Source: Chitinophagales bacterium (GTDB lineage Bacteria > Bacteroidota > Bacteroidia > Chitinophagales > Saprospiraceae). From it: 64,000 nt of DNA. The notes under the pieces were generated by a model. The model was not told the origin of the DNA. It made no database searches and worked only from the letters and a program-made list of their open reading frames with translations. Below are positions 51,713-61,637 of the stretch, piece by piece; the first letter of the stretch is position 1; each line of letters begins with the position of its first letter. The position numbers and the translations under genes are program-made. The stretch covers positions 74,175 through 138,174 of the forward strand of contig JAYUKX010000056.1 of the NCBI GenBank assembly GCA_043764095.1. The letters are read 5' to 3'.

Positions 51713-54700
51713 ATGAAGAAATTTTTCCTTGTAGCAGCGGCTTTTCTTTTTTTGGCCCTGAATCTTGTAGCGCAAGCCCCCATTAACAATGAATGTGCAA
51801 CAGCCATTAATCTTGGGGTAGCACCATCATGTGATACCAGTATTGTGTATTCCAATGACAACGCTACATTGTCGAATATTGGTGACGAGAACAACCCCTC
51901 TTGCTTTAATGGCGGTATCCCCAATAGGGATGTTTGGTTTTCTTTTGTTTGTCCCGATACACTCTTTGATTTTCGCATCCTACTCAGCGGGAATGGTGGG
52001 GTTTTAAACAGTATTGTTAACCCACAAATTGCTGTATATCGGGGCGATTGCACGTTTAATGACTTGTTCGAACTGTCCTGTGCTATTGCGGATGTAGGCG
52101 AAACGGGTGTTTATTTGGATTTGGCAGGGCTTACGCCCAATGTCACGTATTATATCCGTGTTTCGGATTATTCCTTGACTGCCGCGCCCAATTCGGGCAA
52201 TTTTACACTCTGCGTGGATAAACTCCCCGAGATTGTGACCATCGACCAAGGTAGTTCGAACCAATGTATGGGTACGATTACCGATTCGGGTGGCGCAAAT
52301 GGCGACTACAGCCCCAACGAGGACTATGTATTTACGATTTGCCCTAGCCAGCCTAGCGCTTGTATTACTTTTACACTGGAATATTTCAACATAGAAGAAA
52401 GTTTTACGGATGGGTTAACCATTTATGATGGCAATAGCATCAATGCACCGGAATTGGCTTCGATCAATTCTTTTGCATTTAGCCAAACTTCCGTCTCCGC
52501 TGGCGGTGGAGTTTGTTTTAAGGTACACGGTACCAGTCCCTGTATGACACTCCAGTTTTTGTCGGATGATTTTGTAGAGTTTGAAGGTTTCTTGGGGCAT
52601 TGGGAGTGTAGTAATTTGCCTTGTCCACCCGATGATATCCTTACGGTAAATTCACCTATTGAGAACCAAGTTATCGTAAATGCAGTAACGACCCCTGCAA
52701 CACAGGTCACCATTACGGATATTAAATGTAATACGGACGCTTATGGCTCTTTTAGTTATCCAACAGCCAATAACGATTTACAGATGACCAAGGGGCTGGT
52801 ACTTTCCAGCGGCCTTGTTGCTGATATACCTGGTTTTGGCCAAGATTTTGCGGGTACGCCATTGAACGAACCTGGTGATCCAGACCTTGATTTTCTTTCT
52901 ACGCAACAAGGTGGCCAAGAATCTTACGATGCTTGTGTGGTGGAATTGGATGTTTTTGTTGCCACCGATCAACTCAGTTTTGAGTATGTTTTTGGATCAG
53001 AGGAATACCCAGAATTTGTATTTGCGTCAGGAGGTTTTAATGATATATTTGCCTTTTTGGTTTCCGGCCCGGGTATTGTTGGGCAACCTGGTTTAAATGG
53101 ACAGAAGAACATTGCGGTATTGCCCGGTACTAATGTCCCTGTTGAAATTGACGCGGTGAATAACCAAGTTAATTGGGAATTTTATCGCAATAATGAAATA
53201 GGCGAACAAGTTATTTTTGATGGACTCACTTCGGATTATTTAGGCATAAAAAAATCCTTAACCGCCAAAACATCAGTAACACCTTGTAATACTTATCACT
53301 TAAAACTAGCCATAGCCGACCGTGGTGATGCGGCATACGACTCTGGCGTATTTGTTTCCGAGATCAAAGGCGGCACACCGGGGCTTGAAGTAGCGTTTGC
53401 GAGCGGTATTGAGTATTTTATTGAAAGTTGTTCGGGTACAGAAGATATGTTGATTATTTCGTTGCCAGAGCCATTACAACAAGCCACTACGTTTATCACG
53501 ACTATTTCGGGTACTGCTATTTTAGGTACCGATTATATTTTAGATCTTCCCGCTACCATTACATTTGCCGCAGGCCAAACCCAATTAATGTTTCCTATTT
53601 TCCCGATTCAAGATGCCTTGGATGAGGGTACAGAAACGATTAAAATTTCCTTGTCCAGTAATTTTGGATGCGGTACGGTATTGCTCAAAACCATTACCAT
53701 CAACTTGGAAGATAAAGTAGTGGTTGATATAAATGCAGGAGCGGATACCGTGTTTATATGTTTAGGATTTCCACTCGAAGTACAGGCAGAAGGAGCGGTT
53801 GACTATTTTTGGACACCAGTATCGGTGGTGAGCAACCCGACTATTGCCAATCCAATTGTTACAACTACACAAGATGTTATGCTTTTTGTAACAGGTACAG
53901 TAGGCACTTGTGTTTCTACGGATTCAGTATTGGTAAAAGTAATAAACCCAACCATCAATCTTATTGCCTTGAGCGATACACTGATTTGCGTTGGAGGCTC
54001 GGTACCACTCAATGCGATCAATAATGTTGATAATCAAGGACTTTCGTGGATTCCATCAACAGGATTAAACGACCCAACCACCAATTTGCCTATCGCTTCG
54101 CCTACTACTACGACCACTTATACCGCACGTTTGGATATTGGGGGATGTATCAAAACGGATCAAATTACGATCAAGGTAGATACCCTTTTTGAACCCGTGC
54201 TGATTGCGGATACAACTGTTTGCCAAAACTACCCCGTACTTTTGGGGACAGCAATAGAAGGGGAAAGCACCGTTTATCAATGGACACCAGCAGCAGGCTT
54301 GAGTAGTACAACGATTTCAAATCCATTGGCAACGCCCGATCAAACCACCACTTATACCTTGTTTTCACAAAGTGCTAATGGCTATTGCGATAATACAAAA
54401 CAGGTAAAAGTAACCATTATTGCAGCGGATATTGATATTGCAGGACCTGAAAAATACGAAATTTGTTTGGGGACTACCATTCCGCTACAAGCCGTGGTAA
54501 CCCCAGCGAGTGGCAGCCCAATTACATGGACGCCACCCTTCTTTTTAAGCAACCCAACAGGGCCCAATACAGTACTCAACACCGATGAATCTTTGACGCT
54601 AAAAGCCACTTATACGGTGAACGGCTGTAAAGTGACCGATTCTATCTATGTGCGCGTGGATTCGCTGCCCGATCTTACGTTAAGTCTGAAACCAGTTAAA

Positions 54701-56182
54701 GAAATTTATTGCCCCGGCGATACAGTTACACTATTCAGCACCACTTACGAACCGGCGAGTTTCCCATTTATACAAAATACTTGGTTACCCGATGGTTTAG
54801 GCCAAATAACGCCCGATTCTTTGTGGAATTTGGTGATTCGTGCCCAAGTTACGGATACGTTTACCCGCATCACCGTAAATAGAGGTTGTAGGGATACCTC
54901 ATCTATTGCTGTTCCGGTAGATTCGCTGCCCATCATTACGGCTACTGCTGCCAAATCAACGGTTTGTCCCGGAGAATTGGTACAATTGAATGCCACTGTA
55001 TCGCCCGAACAAAAACTAGAATGGGGCCCAGTAAATGGATTAAGTTGTACGGACTGTAAAAATCCTGTGGCAACCATCAATGGCACCATTACCTATACCG
55101 TTATGCCACCAGATGCCAACTGTCCGGCCTCGGCTTCAGTAACTATTGTGATGACACCAGCTCCCTTACTGGTTTTGCCCAATGATGCGACCCTGTGCCT
55201 TGGATCTACTTTTGTGCTCAATAATTTGCCTCCGGAGCCCAATACGACCTATCAATGGACATCGGTGCCACCAGGATTTACGTCCAGTTTACCACAACCA
55301 CAAGTCACCCCACTGGTTAATACCAAGTACTCTGTTTTGGCCTCCAATCCTGCCTGTACCAACAAAGATAGCGTTTCGGTAGAAGTAGTGAGCGCAACCG
55401 TAAATGCTGGTGTAGATCAAACTGTTTGTGCAGGTACTAGTTTTACTTTGAATGCAACACCCAGCGGATCAACAGGTTTATTTGCTTGGAATATATTAAA
55501 TGGCAATACCGTTGGCAATACCCAACAAGTCGCCCTGTCTGCCAACAATACGGCAACGTATCAGGTCGTATATACCTATAGTAGCGCGCTTTGTGTAGCC
55601 ACCGATGAAGTGACGGTCAAGATAAATCCAGTACCATCCCTAACACCGCTAACAATTGACTCGGCAGAGGTGTGTGCAGGAGAGGTAATCCGTGTAAAGT
55701 CAATATTACAAGGCGGAACAGCACCATTTACCTATAATTGGACATTGGATGGGGCACCAACCAACCCGGGAGCGAAAGACTCCATTAGCCTTTCGCTGGA
55801 TAGTGCATTGGATGGGCCAAAGGATTACCAAATTGGTTTATCCGTTGTAGATGCCAATGGCTGTGTATCGGAAGTGGAATCAGGAGGCGTAAAAGTAAAT
55901 AAATGCTTTGCGATTCCGAATGCCTTCACACCGGGGAACGGAGGGGTAAATGACTTCTTTGAACCCGTTGGTACAAGTGGTAGTACGCTAAATGTCACTA
56001 AATTTTTGGTTTATAACCGTTGGGGACAAAAAATATTTACCGCTAGCCCATCCGTACGTTCTTGGGATGGCACAGTGGGCGGCAAGGCAGCACCCATGGA
56101 TGTGTATATTTATCAAATCACCATAACCCGCCTTGATGGCATTGAAGAAAATTATTCCGGAGAAGTAAATCTAATCAGATAA
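51713..56182 (+). CDS. Giant surface adhesin carrying CUB-like, choice-of-anchor-L and Calx-beta-like domains, about ten Cys-containing Ig-like repeats and a T9SS type B (gliding-motility-associated) CTD
   Basis: I chose the start at MKKFFLVAAAFLFLALNLVAQA. The choice-of-anchor-L region reads NDIFAFLVSGPGI...LAIADRGDAAYDSGVFV. Repeated ~70-aa units fit C.G..v.L.A.G...Y.W.P...L. The C-terminus reads IPNAFTPGNGGVNDFF...YNRWGQKIF, a type B CTD. Confidence 0.85.
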   Translation: MKKFFLVAAAFLFLALNLVAQAPINNECATAINLGVAPSCDTSIVYSNDNATLSNIGDENNPSCFNGGIPNRDVWFSFVCPDTLFDFRILLSGNGGVLNSIVNPQIAVYRGDCTFNDLFELSCAIADVGETGVYLDLAGLTPNVTYYIRVSDYSLTAAPNSGNFTLCVDKLPEIVTIDQGSSNQCMGTITDSGGANGDYSPNEDYVFTICPSQPSACITFTLEYFNIEESFTDGLTIYDGNSINAPELASINSFAFSQTSVSAGGGVCFKVHGTSPCMTLQFLSDDFVEFEGFLGHWECSNLPCPPDDILTVNSPIENQVIVNAVTTPATQVTITDIKCNTDAYGSFSYPTANNDLQMTKGLVLSSGLVADIPGFGQDFAGTPLNEPGDPDLDFLSTQQGGQESYDACVVELDVFVATDQLSFEYVFGSEEYPEFVFASGGFNDIFAFLVSGPGIVGQPGLNGQKNIAVLPGTNVPVEIDAVNNQVNWEFYRNNEIGEQVIFDGLTSDYLGIKKSLTAKTSVTPCNTYHLKLAIADRGDAAYDSGVFVSEIKGGTPGLEVAFASGIEYFIESCSGTEDMLIISLPEPLQQATTFITTISGTAILGTDYILDLPATITFAAGQTQLMFPIFPIQDALDEGTETIKISLSSNFGCGTVLLKTITINLEDKVVVDINAGADTVFICLGFPLEVQAEGAVDYFWTPVSVVSNPTIANPIVTTTQDVMLFVTGTVGTCVSTDSVLVKVINPTINLIALSDTLICVGGSVPLNAINNVDNQGLSWIPSTGLNDPTTNLPIASPTTTTTYTARLDIGGCIKTDQITIKVDTLFEPVLIADTTVCQNYPVLLGTAIEGESTVYQWTPAAGLSSTTISNPLATPDQTTTYTLFSQSANGYCDNTKQVKVTIIAADIDIAGPEKYEICLGTTIPLQAVVTPASGSPITWTPPFFLSNPTGPNTVLNTDESLTLKATYTVNGCKVTDSIYVRVDSLPDLTLSLKPVKEIYCPGDTVTLFSTTYEPASFPFIQNTWLPDGLGQITPDSLWNLVIRAQVTDTFTRITVNRGCRDTSSIAVPVDSLPIITATAAKSTVCPGELVQLNATVSPEQKLEWGPVNGLSCTDCKNPVATINGTITYTVMPPDANCPASASVTIVMTPAPLLVLPNDATLCLGSTFVLNNLPPEPNTTYQWTSVPPGFTSSLPQPQVTPLVNTKYSVLASNPACTNKDSVSVEVVSATVNAGVDQTVCAGTSFTLNATPSGSTGLFAWNILNGNTVGNTQQVALSANNTATYQVVYTYSSALCVATDEVTVKINPVPSLTPLTIDSAEVCAGEVIRVKSILQGGTAPFTYNWTLDGAPTNPGAKDSISLSLDSALDGPKDYQIGLSVVDANGCVSEVESGGVKVNKCFAIPNAFTPGNGGVNDFFEPVGTSGSTLNVTKFLVYNRWGQKIFTASPSVRSWDGTVGGKAAPMDVYIYQITITRLDGIEENYSGEVNLIR

Positions 56183-56193
56183 TAGACACCACC

Positions 56194-57312
56194 ATGACTT
56201 TACCTAAATTGTATATCCACGCCCAGGATTTTATGCCTATTAATGGCACCGACTATCTAGAACTTTATGTCAGCAATGCCAAACAAGCGGCACATTTCTA
56301 CAAATCAGCTTTTGGATTCCGTACTTTGGCTTATGCCGGTTTGGAAACAGGGTTAAAAGACCGCGAATCGTATGTTGTAGAGCAAGACAAAATTCGACTG
56401 GTACTTACTTCTCCTTTGCGGAGCGGCACCGATATTGGCCGCCATATTGACCAACATGGCGATGGTGTAAAAGTCACCGCCCTTTGGGTGGACGATGCTA
56501 CTTATGCTTATAATGCTGCCATGGAACGCGGTGCACGTTCCTATATGGAACCTGTAACGGAATCCGACGAGGATGGCCATGTAGTGCGTTCGGGTATTTA
56601 TACTTATGGCGAAGTGGTGCATATCTTTGTAGAACGCAAAGACTACAATGGTATCTTTTTGCCGGGATACAAAAAAATGGAATCGCATTATAATCCCGAA
56701 CCAGTTGGCCTCAAATTTGTAGATCACATGGTGGGTAATGTAGAACTGGGCAAAATGAATGAGTGGGTGGACTTTTATGAAAAAGTAATGGGCTTTACCC
56801 AAATCCTTTCGTTCGACGACAAAGAGATTTCTACGGAGTTCACAGCCCTGATGAGTAAGGTAATGAGCAATGGTAATGGCCGTATCAAGTTTCCGATCAA
56901 CGAACCAGCTCCTGGAAAGAAAAAATCGCAAGTGGACGAATACCTCGAGTTTTACGAGGGCGCAGGTGTGCAGCATATTGCCGTGGCTACCGATAATATT
57001 ATTCAAACCGTAACGGCACTTCGCGATCGTGGTGTGGAATTCCTGCGCGTACCCGGCACGTATTACGATACACTCCTCGACCGCGTTGGGCATATTGATG
57101 AAGACTTAGCTCCTTTGCGGGAACTGGGTATTCTCGTTGACCGCGATGATGAAGGTTATCTTTTGCAAATTTTTACCCGCACAGTGCAAGCCCGACCCAC
57201 GATGTTTTTCGAAATTATACAAAGAAAAGGTGCTCAATCCTTTGGAAAGGGCAACTTTAAGGCGTTATTCGAGGCATTGGAAAGGGAGCAGGAATTGCGG
57301 GGAACACTATAA
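56194..57312 (+). CDS. hppD: 4-hydroxyphenylpyruvate dioxygenase
   Basis: 372 aa with two VOC domains, GAGVQHIAVATDNI and LLQIFTRTVQARPTMFFEIIQRKG...FGKGNFKALFEALEREQ. Confidence 0.92.
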   Translation: MTLPKLYIHAQDFMPINGTDYLELYVSNAKQAAHFYKSAFGFRTLAYAGLETGLKDRESYVVEQDKIRLVLTSPLRSGTDIGRHIDQHGDGVKVTALWVDDATYAYNAAMERGARSYMEPVTESDEDGHVVRSGIYTYGEVVHIFVERKDYNGIFLPGYKKMESHYNPEPVGLKFVDHMVGNVELGKMNEWVDFYEKVMGFTQILSFDDKEISTEFTALMSKVMSNGNGRIKFPINEPAPGKKKSQVDEYLEFYEGAGVQHIAVATDNIIQTVTALRDRGVEFLRVPGTYYDTLLDRVGHIDEDLAPLRELGILVDRDDEGYLLQIFTRTVQARPTMFFEIIQRKGAQSFGKGNFKALFEALEREQELRGTL

Positions 57313-57358
57313 ATAATTGATTGTTTTTTCCCGAATACCTTTTTAAGATATATTTAAT

Positions 57359-57385
57359 GGGTTACTATGGTGTTCATAGTAACCC
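57359..57385 (+). terminator. 11-bp perfect hairpin after hppD; the U-tract is weak
   Basis: GGGTTACTATG-GTGTT-CATAGTAACCC, followed by AT-rich sequence, 47 nt after the hppD stop. Confidence 0.4.
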
Positions 57386-57427
57386 ATCTAATTATATTTA
57401 TTCATCCAAGTTCTTTTATTGCTCAAC

Positions 57428-59935
57428 ATGAAAAGTTTAAATCAATTGGCCGCCACGGTATTGTTATTAATGCTAGGCCACACACTCCTGTCCCAAACCA
57501 TTACACTCAACCGCAGCCTCTGGACCAGATTAAACGAAACTCAAATTACCGTAAATGCTTCCGATCGCCAAATTATTCCAGAAGAATATTTGACTTACCA
57601 GCTAGATGTAACACAACTCCGACAACTACTCAGTAATGCGCCCTCTGAAGCGGATGTTTTGAACAACGATGCAACACCGCTTTTGATGGAATTTCCGACT
57701 CCCACGGGTGGTTTTATGCTCTACAGGGTTTCTGGGTTTACCATGATGCACCCTCAATTGCAGGCGCAATTTCCTGAAATACGGACTTTTTCGGGTACTT
57801 GCGTGGATCCTGCTGGAGGTGTAGTCTTTTTTGATTTTACGCCACAGGGCTTTCACTCCATGACACTTCGTTCGGAGCAGGGTTCGGTATTTATCGATCC
57901 TTATTCCAAGGCGGATGACCAGCATTACTTGGTTTATTACAAGAAAAACTTTGTAAGAAAAGAAAGTGACCGGATGGTTTGTCATGTCACGGAGGATTTT
58001 CCAGTACAGATCAAAGTGCCAGAAATGAACAATGCCGAACTTCCTGCTACCAACTGTACCAAGCGACGAGAATATCGCTTAGCATTGGCGGCAACAGGCG
58101 AGTACACGGCTTTTCATTCTCTACCAGGTGCTCCTGCTGTTGCTCTGGGACAAGCGGCCATTGTAACTGCGATGAACCGTGTTAACGGCGTATATATAAC
58201 CGAGGTAAGCGTACAAATGAATCTTATTGCGAATAATTCGACTGTCGTTTACACCAACGCTGCCACCGATCCTTATACGAATGGTAATGGGGTAACTATG
58301 TTGACTGAAAATGTCAATAATCTTAACTTGGTAATCGGAACGGCTAATTATGATATTGGCCATGTATTTAGTACTGGCGGCGGCGGCGTAGCCTCTACCT
58401 CTCCATGTGTCACTTCAAGCAAAGCAAGGGGTGTTACAGGTCTTACTTCCCCCATTGGTGATCCATTTTATATTGATTATGTAGCCCACGAAATGGGACA
58501 CCAATATAGTGGTTCTCATACCTTTAGTAGTACGGTGGGTAGCTGCTCTGGCAATGGTGTTGCTACGTCCGCGTTTGAACCGGGTAGCGGAACAACCATT
58601 ATGGCTTATGCGGGTATATGTTCACCCGAAAACGTACAAAATAACAGTGATGCCTATTTTCATGCGCGCAGTCTGCTTCAAATATCAAGTGCAATTGCCG
58701 CCCATACCTGCGAGTCCGAAATAGCCAATGGTAATACTGCGCCTAGTGTGGCCGCATTGACTAGTATTACGATACCAACCTCCACGCCGTTTGTCCTGAA
58801 TGGTAGTGCCACTGATCCTAGCCCATTGACTTATTGTTGGGAGCAATACAATAATGCCCAAGTATCACCACCCAGCGGTACCAATACAACAGGGCCTTTG
58901 TTCCGCTCATTGACACCTGTTTCGGAAACGAATCGGCATTTTCCAAGTTTTGACAATACTTTTAATGGTACTGTTGACCCCTGGGAAGTACTGCCTAGTG
59001 TAGCTCGATCCCTTATTTTTAGGCTAACTGCCCGTGATAATGCAACGGTGGGTGGCTGCTCCGATGAGAAAGATATTACAGTAACGGTATCTGCGGGTGG
59101 ACCATTTTCCATTACAGCACCGAATAGTGGTGCTTTTGCGGGCAACTCAACAACTACTGTTACATGGAATACGGCCAGTTCTGCCACGTATGCTCCCAAT
59201 GTGGATATTTTGTACAGTACTACGCCCTCGGATGCTAGTTCATATACACTTATTTTGGCCAATACGCCCAACGATGGAACGCAAGCCATCACAGTACCTA
59301 ATTTAACGACAAGTACAGCCCGTATTATGGTGCGTTCATCAAGCACGAATGGCACTTTTTTCTATGATATTTCCAATAATAACCTATCCATTTCATTGCC
59401 CGTGGAATTGGTCGGTTTTAATGCCGAAAAGCAAAAAAATCAGGTATTATTGCAATGGGAAACAGCCTCGGAGCAAGATAATCGTGGTTTCCATGTGCAA
59501 CGCAGCGTAAACAGTAGCCGTTATTTCGAAAATATTGGTTTTGTAGCCGCTACCAGCGAATTGAAGGCTAAAAATCTTTATAATTTTACGGATAAAGACG
59601 TTAAGTCCGGCAATATCTATTACTACCGCCTCCGTCAGGAAGACCAAGATGGCGATAGCAATTTGTCGGATATACGCAGTGTAAGTTTTGAAGGCGTAAC
59701 CGGACAATTACAAATTACGCCAAATCCAGCACGCGACTATATCCAACTCACCGCATCAGAGATGGATTGGGAAGATGTTTTTGAAATAACGATCATCAAT
59801 GCCGCTGGGCAAGTTATACGCCAAACAACAATGAGCCTCGATAATGCCTTATCTACCGTAGATTGGCCTGCTGGGGTGTATCTGATCCGCGCTGTATCGG
59901 AAAATAAAATATGGGCAGGTAAAGTAGTTAAGTAA
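57428..59935 (+). CDS. T9SS-secreted reprolysin-like zinc metalloprotease with the canonical HEMGHQYSGSH motif, a pre-CTD module and a type A CTD
   Basis: The signal peptide is MKSLNQLAATVLLLMLGHTLLSQ. The motif VAHEMGHQYSGSHTF lies at 58487-58501, with Met-turn GTTIMAY. The N-terminal and catalytic regions are homologous to 38695/42475. The C-terminus reads ITPNPARDYIQL...GVYLIRA. Confidence 0.85.
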   Translation: MKSLNQLAATVLLLMLGHTLLSQTITLNRSLWTRLNETQITVNASDRQIIPEEYLTYQLDVTQLRQLLSNAPSEADVLNNDATPLLMEFPTPTGGFMLYRVSGFTMMHPQLQAQFPEIRTFSGTCVDPAGGVVFFDFTPQGFHSMTLRSEQGSVFIDPYSKADDQHYLVYYKKNFVRKESDRMVCHVTEDFPVQIKVPEMNNAELPATNCTKRREYRLALAATGEYTAFHSLPGAPAVALGQAAIVTAMNRVNGVYITEVSVQMNLIANNSTVVYTNAATDPYTNGNGVTMLTENVNNLNLVIGTANYDIGHVFSTGGGGVASTSPCVTSSKARGVTGLTSPIGDPFYIDYVAHEMGHQYSGSHTFSSTVGSCSGNGVATSAFEPGSGTTIMAYAGICSPENVQNNSDAYFHARSLLQISSAIAAHTCESEIANGNTAPSVAALTSITIPTSTPFVLNGSATDPSPLTYCWEQYNNAQVSPPSGTNTTGPLFRSLTPVSETNRHFPSFDNTFNGTVDPWEVLPSVARSLIFRLTARDNATVGGCSDEKDITVTVSAGGPFSITAPNSGAFAGNSTTTVTWNTASSATYAPNVDILYSTTPSDASSYTLILANTPNDGTQAITVPNLTTSTARIMVRSSSTNGTFFYDISNNNLSISLPVELVGFNAEKQKNQVLLQWETASEQDNRGFHVQRSVNSSRYFENIGFVAATSELKAKNLYNFTDKDVKSGNIYYYRLRQEDQDGDSNLSDIRSVSFEGVTGQLQITPNPARDYIQLTASEMDWEDVFEITIINAAGQVIRQTTMSLDNALSTVDWPAGVYLIRAVSENKIWAGKVVK

Positions 59936-60515
59936 CCGTGAATCCTTTTACGCCATGAAAGCGCAACAAATGATTTGGCGTGTTTTCGTTGTACAAGCAA
60001 AGAATAAGTGCTTGACGGAGTTTAGGATCGGTGTTAAATAAAATTTTAATTGGATTGTGGATATACCCGCGTTCGGGAAAGAGTTGCAATTGGGAAGTTC
60101 GTTGTTTACGGAACAATTTTAACTCATCAGCATTTGCCGGAACGGGTATATCCCCATATCCATGCTCTTTTAAAAAATCGATGACCATATTGTAGGAGGC
60201 TTCTATTTTACCACCAGCAAATATCGTTCGGTATTCCCATCCATCGCTTTTACCACCAAGGTAATTACTGCCTGCTTCTGGAAAATCCCCCCGAATGGGT
60301 ACAATTGGTTCAAATACCTCCTCTATTACCCTTGTAGAGGTGTCATCCTCTTCAAAAGTTTCGGTACCGTCTATTATAAAACCAAATTCGTCGTATTCGA
60401 TGGGTGGCATGGCTATGAGCGTTAGAATTGCGGCTGCAAAATTACGATATTTGTACCGATTTGGGTATGCATGCTTATAAAAACAGTAATTTAGCCAATA
60501 AGATATTTTAAGCAT
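59928..60515 (-). CDS. Hypothetical cytoplasmic protein; the start is uncertain and may be the ATG at 60410
   Basis: 195-aa ORF in which I recognise no motif. The acidic segment EYDEFGFIIDGTETFEEDD follows the internal Met. The 3' end overlaps the convergent protease gene by 8 nt. Confidence 0.4.
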   Translation of the reverse strand: MLKISYWLNYCFYKHAYPNRYKYRNFAAAILTLIAMPPIEYDEFGFIIDGTETFEEDDTSTRVIEEVFEPIVPIRGDFPEAGSNYLGGKSDGWEYRTIFAGGKIEASYNMVIDFLKEHGYGDIPVPANADELKLFRKQRTSQLQLFPERGYIHNPIKILFNTDPKLRQALILCLYNENTPNHLLRFHGVKGFTVT

Positions 60516-60631
60516 CCCGAAGTATCAAACATTAATTGTTTAATTTTTTTATTTTTAAAATTAAAATATTGAACAAAAAGATATTTTTCTTGTTAGTTGT
60601 TGGTTTGGTTTTATCATTCAAAAATATTTCG

Positions 60632-61018
60632 ATGTCTAGTTGCACAACCAATGGTATAACGGTACATGTTGAAACCCAATACTTGCCAGAGCACTCTAAT
60701 CCGAGGGGGCAAAAATTTATATTTGGTTACTATGTCGTCATCGAAAATGGCTCTGATATAACCGTACAACTACTGCGCCGCAAATGGATCATTACCGATG
60801 CAACCGGTGTTGTACGGGAGGTAGAAGGCGATGGTGTTGTGGGGCTACAACCTACGCTTCAACCTGGTGAAATCCACGAATATATGTCTTTTTGTAACCT
60901 TTTCTCCGAAATTGGTAAAATGAAAGGATCTTATACGATGCTTTGTATTAAGGATAATACGCTGCTGGAGATTGAAATTCCTGAGTTCCACATGTTTACA
61001 CCATCAGTACTAAATTAG
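60632..61018 (+). CDS. apaG: ApaG (DUF525) protein
   Basis: I chose the start at MSSCTTNGITVHVETQYLPEHSNP...; the ORF is open from 60536. FIFGYYVVIENGSDITVQLLRRKWIITDATG...VVGLQPTLQPGE is the ApaG signature. Confidence 0.85.
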   Translation: MSSCTTNGITVHVETQYLPEHSNPRGQKFIFGYYVVIENGSDITVQLLRRKWIITDATGVVREVEGDGVVGLQPTLQPGEIHEYMSFCNLFSEIGKMKGSYTMLCIKDNTLLEIEIPEFHMFTPSVLN

Positions 61019-61205
61019 GAATGAGTTAAGTACTAGGACACTCATTTTTCACTTTATTTCTTCCATAAATTAACGATCTTTGCGCCGATTTGATTGCTGT
61101 TTTAGCGTTAAGGAACGGGACTCCAAAATCTTTAGCCTGAATGGTGGAACTTATTTCGACTCCGTTCCTAATCAATTATTGCTCACCTAATTTATCTGCA
61201 CAAAA

Positions 61206-61634
61206 GTGACACCCGAAAATTTCTATTGGTACTCCAGCGTTCTCATTTTTTTCCCTTGGTTGGCGCTTACATTTGCGCCCAACTGGAAATGGAGCGAAAC
61301 CCTTGCTTCTGTTTCGGCAATTATTTTATTGATTGCCAGTACTTATTTTACCATCATTTATTTGCGCTCTGGCCATGAAGGCGGAGGGCATGTTTTTTCT
61401 TTTGAGGGCATCACCCATCTTTTTCGTAGCACCGAAATGTTAATGACGGGTTGGCTCAATTACTTGGCCTTCGCCTTGTTGGTGGGTATTTGGGAGACCA
61501 ATGATGCCCATAAAAATAAAATACCGCATATTTTTGTAGCACCCTGTTTGTTGCTCACCTTTGTGATGGGACCAACGGGTTTGCTGTTGTATTTGCTGGT
61601 TCGGTGGGTACGTACGCGGTCTTTAAAGATATAA
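61206..61634 (+). CDS. DUF4281 (ABA4-like) membrane protein
   Basis: 142 aa with a GTG start and four TM helices. It contains FFPWLALTFAPNWKWSE and LNYLAFALLVG. Confidence 0.55.
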   Translation: MTPENFYWYSSVLIFFPWLALTFAPNWKWSETLASVSAIILLIASTYFTIIYLRSGHEGGGHVFSFEGITHLFRSTEMLMTGWLNYLAFALLVGIWETNDAHKNKIPHIFVAPCLLLTFVMGPTGLLLYLLVRWVRTRSLKI

Positions 61635-61637
61635 TTT

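Noticed and set aside
56353-57093. A 246-aa minus-strand ORF inside hppD, with similar cases at 47498-48109 (inside the acyltransferase gene), 8645-9277 (inside the methyltransferase gene) and 36873-37567 (inside corA).
   Set aside because: They overlap strongly supported genes on the opposite strand and have no recognisable domains. They are typical antisense open frames.
57367-57636. An 89-aa plus-strand ORF overlapping the start of the canonical metalloprotease gene in another frame.
   Set aside because: It starts inside the hppD terminator hairpin and overlaps a gene with a clear signal peptide. It has no motif.
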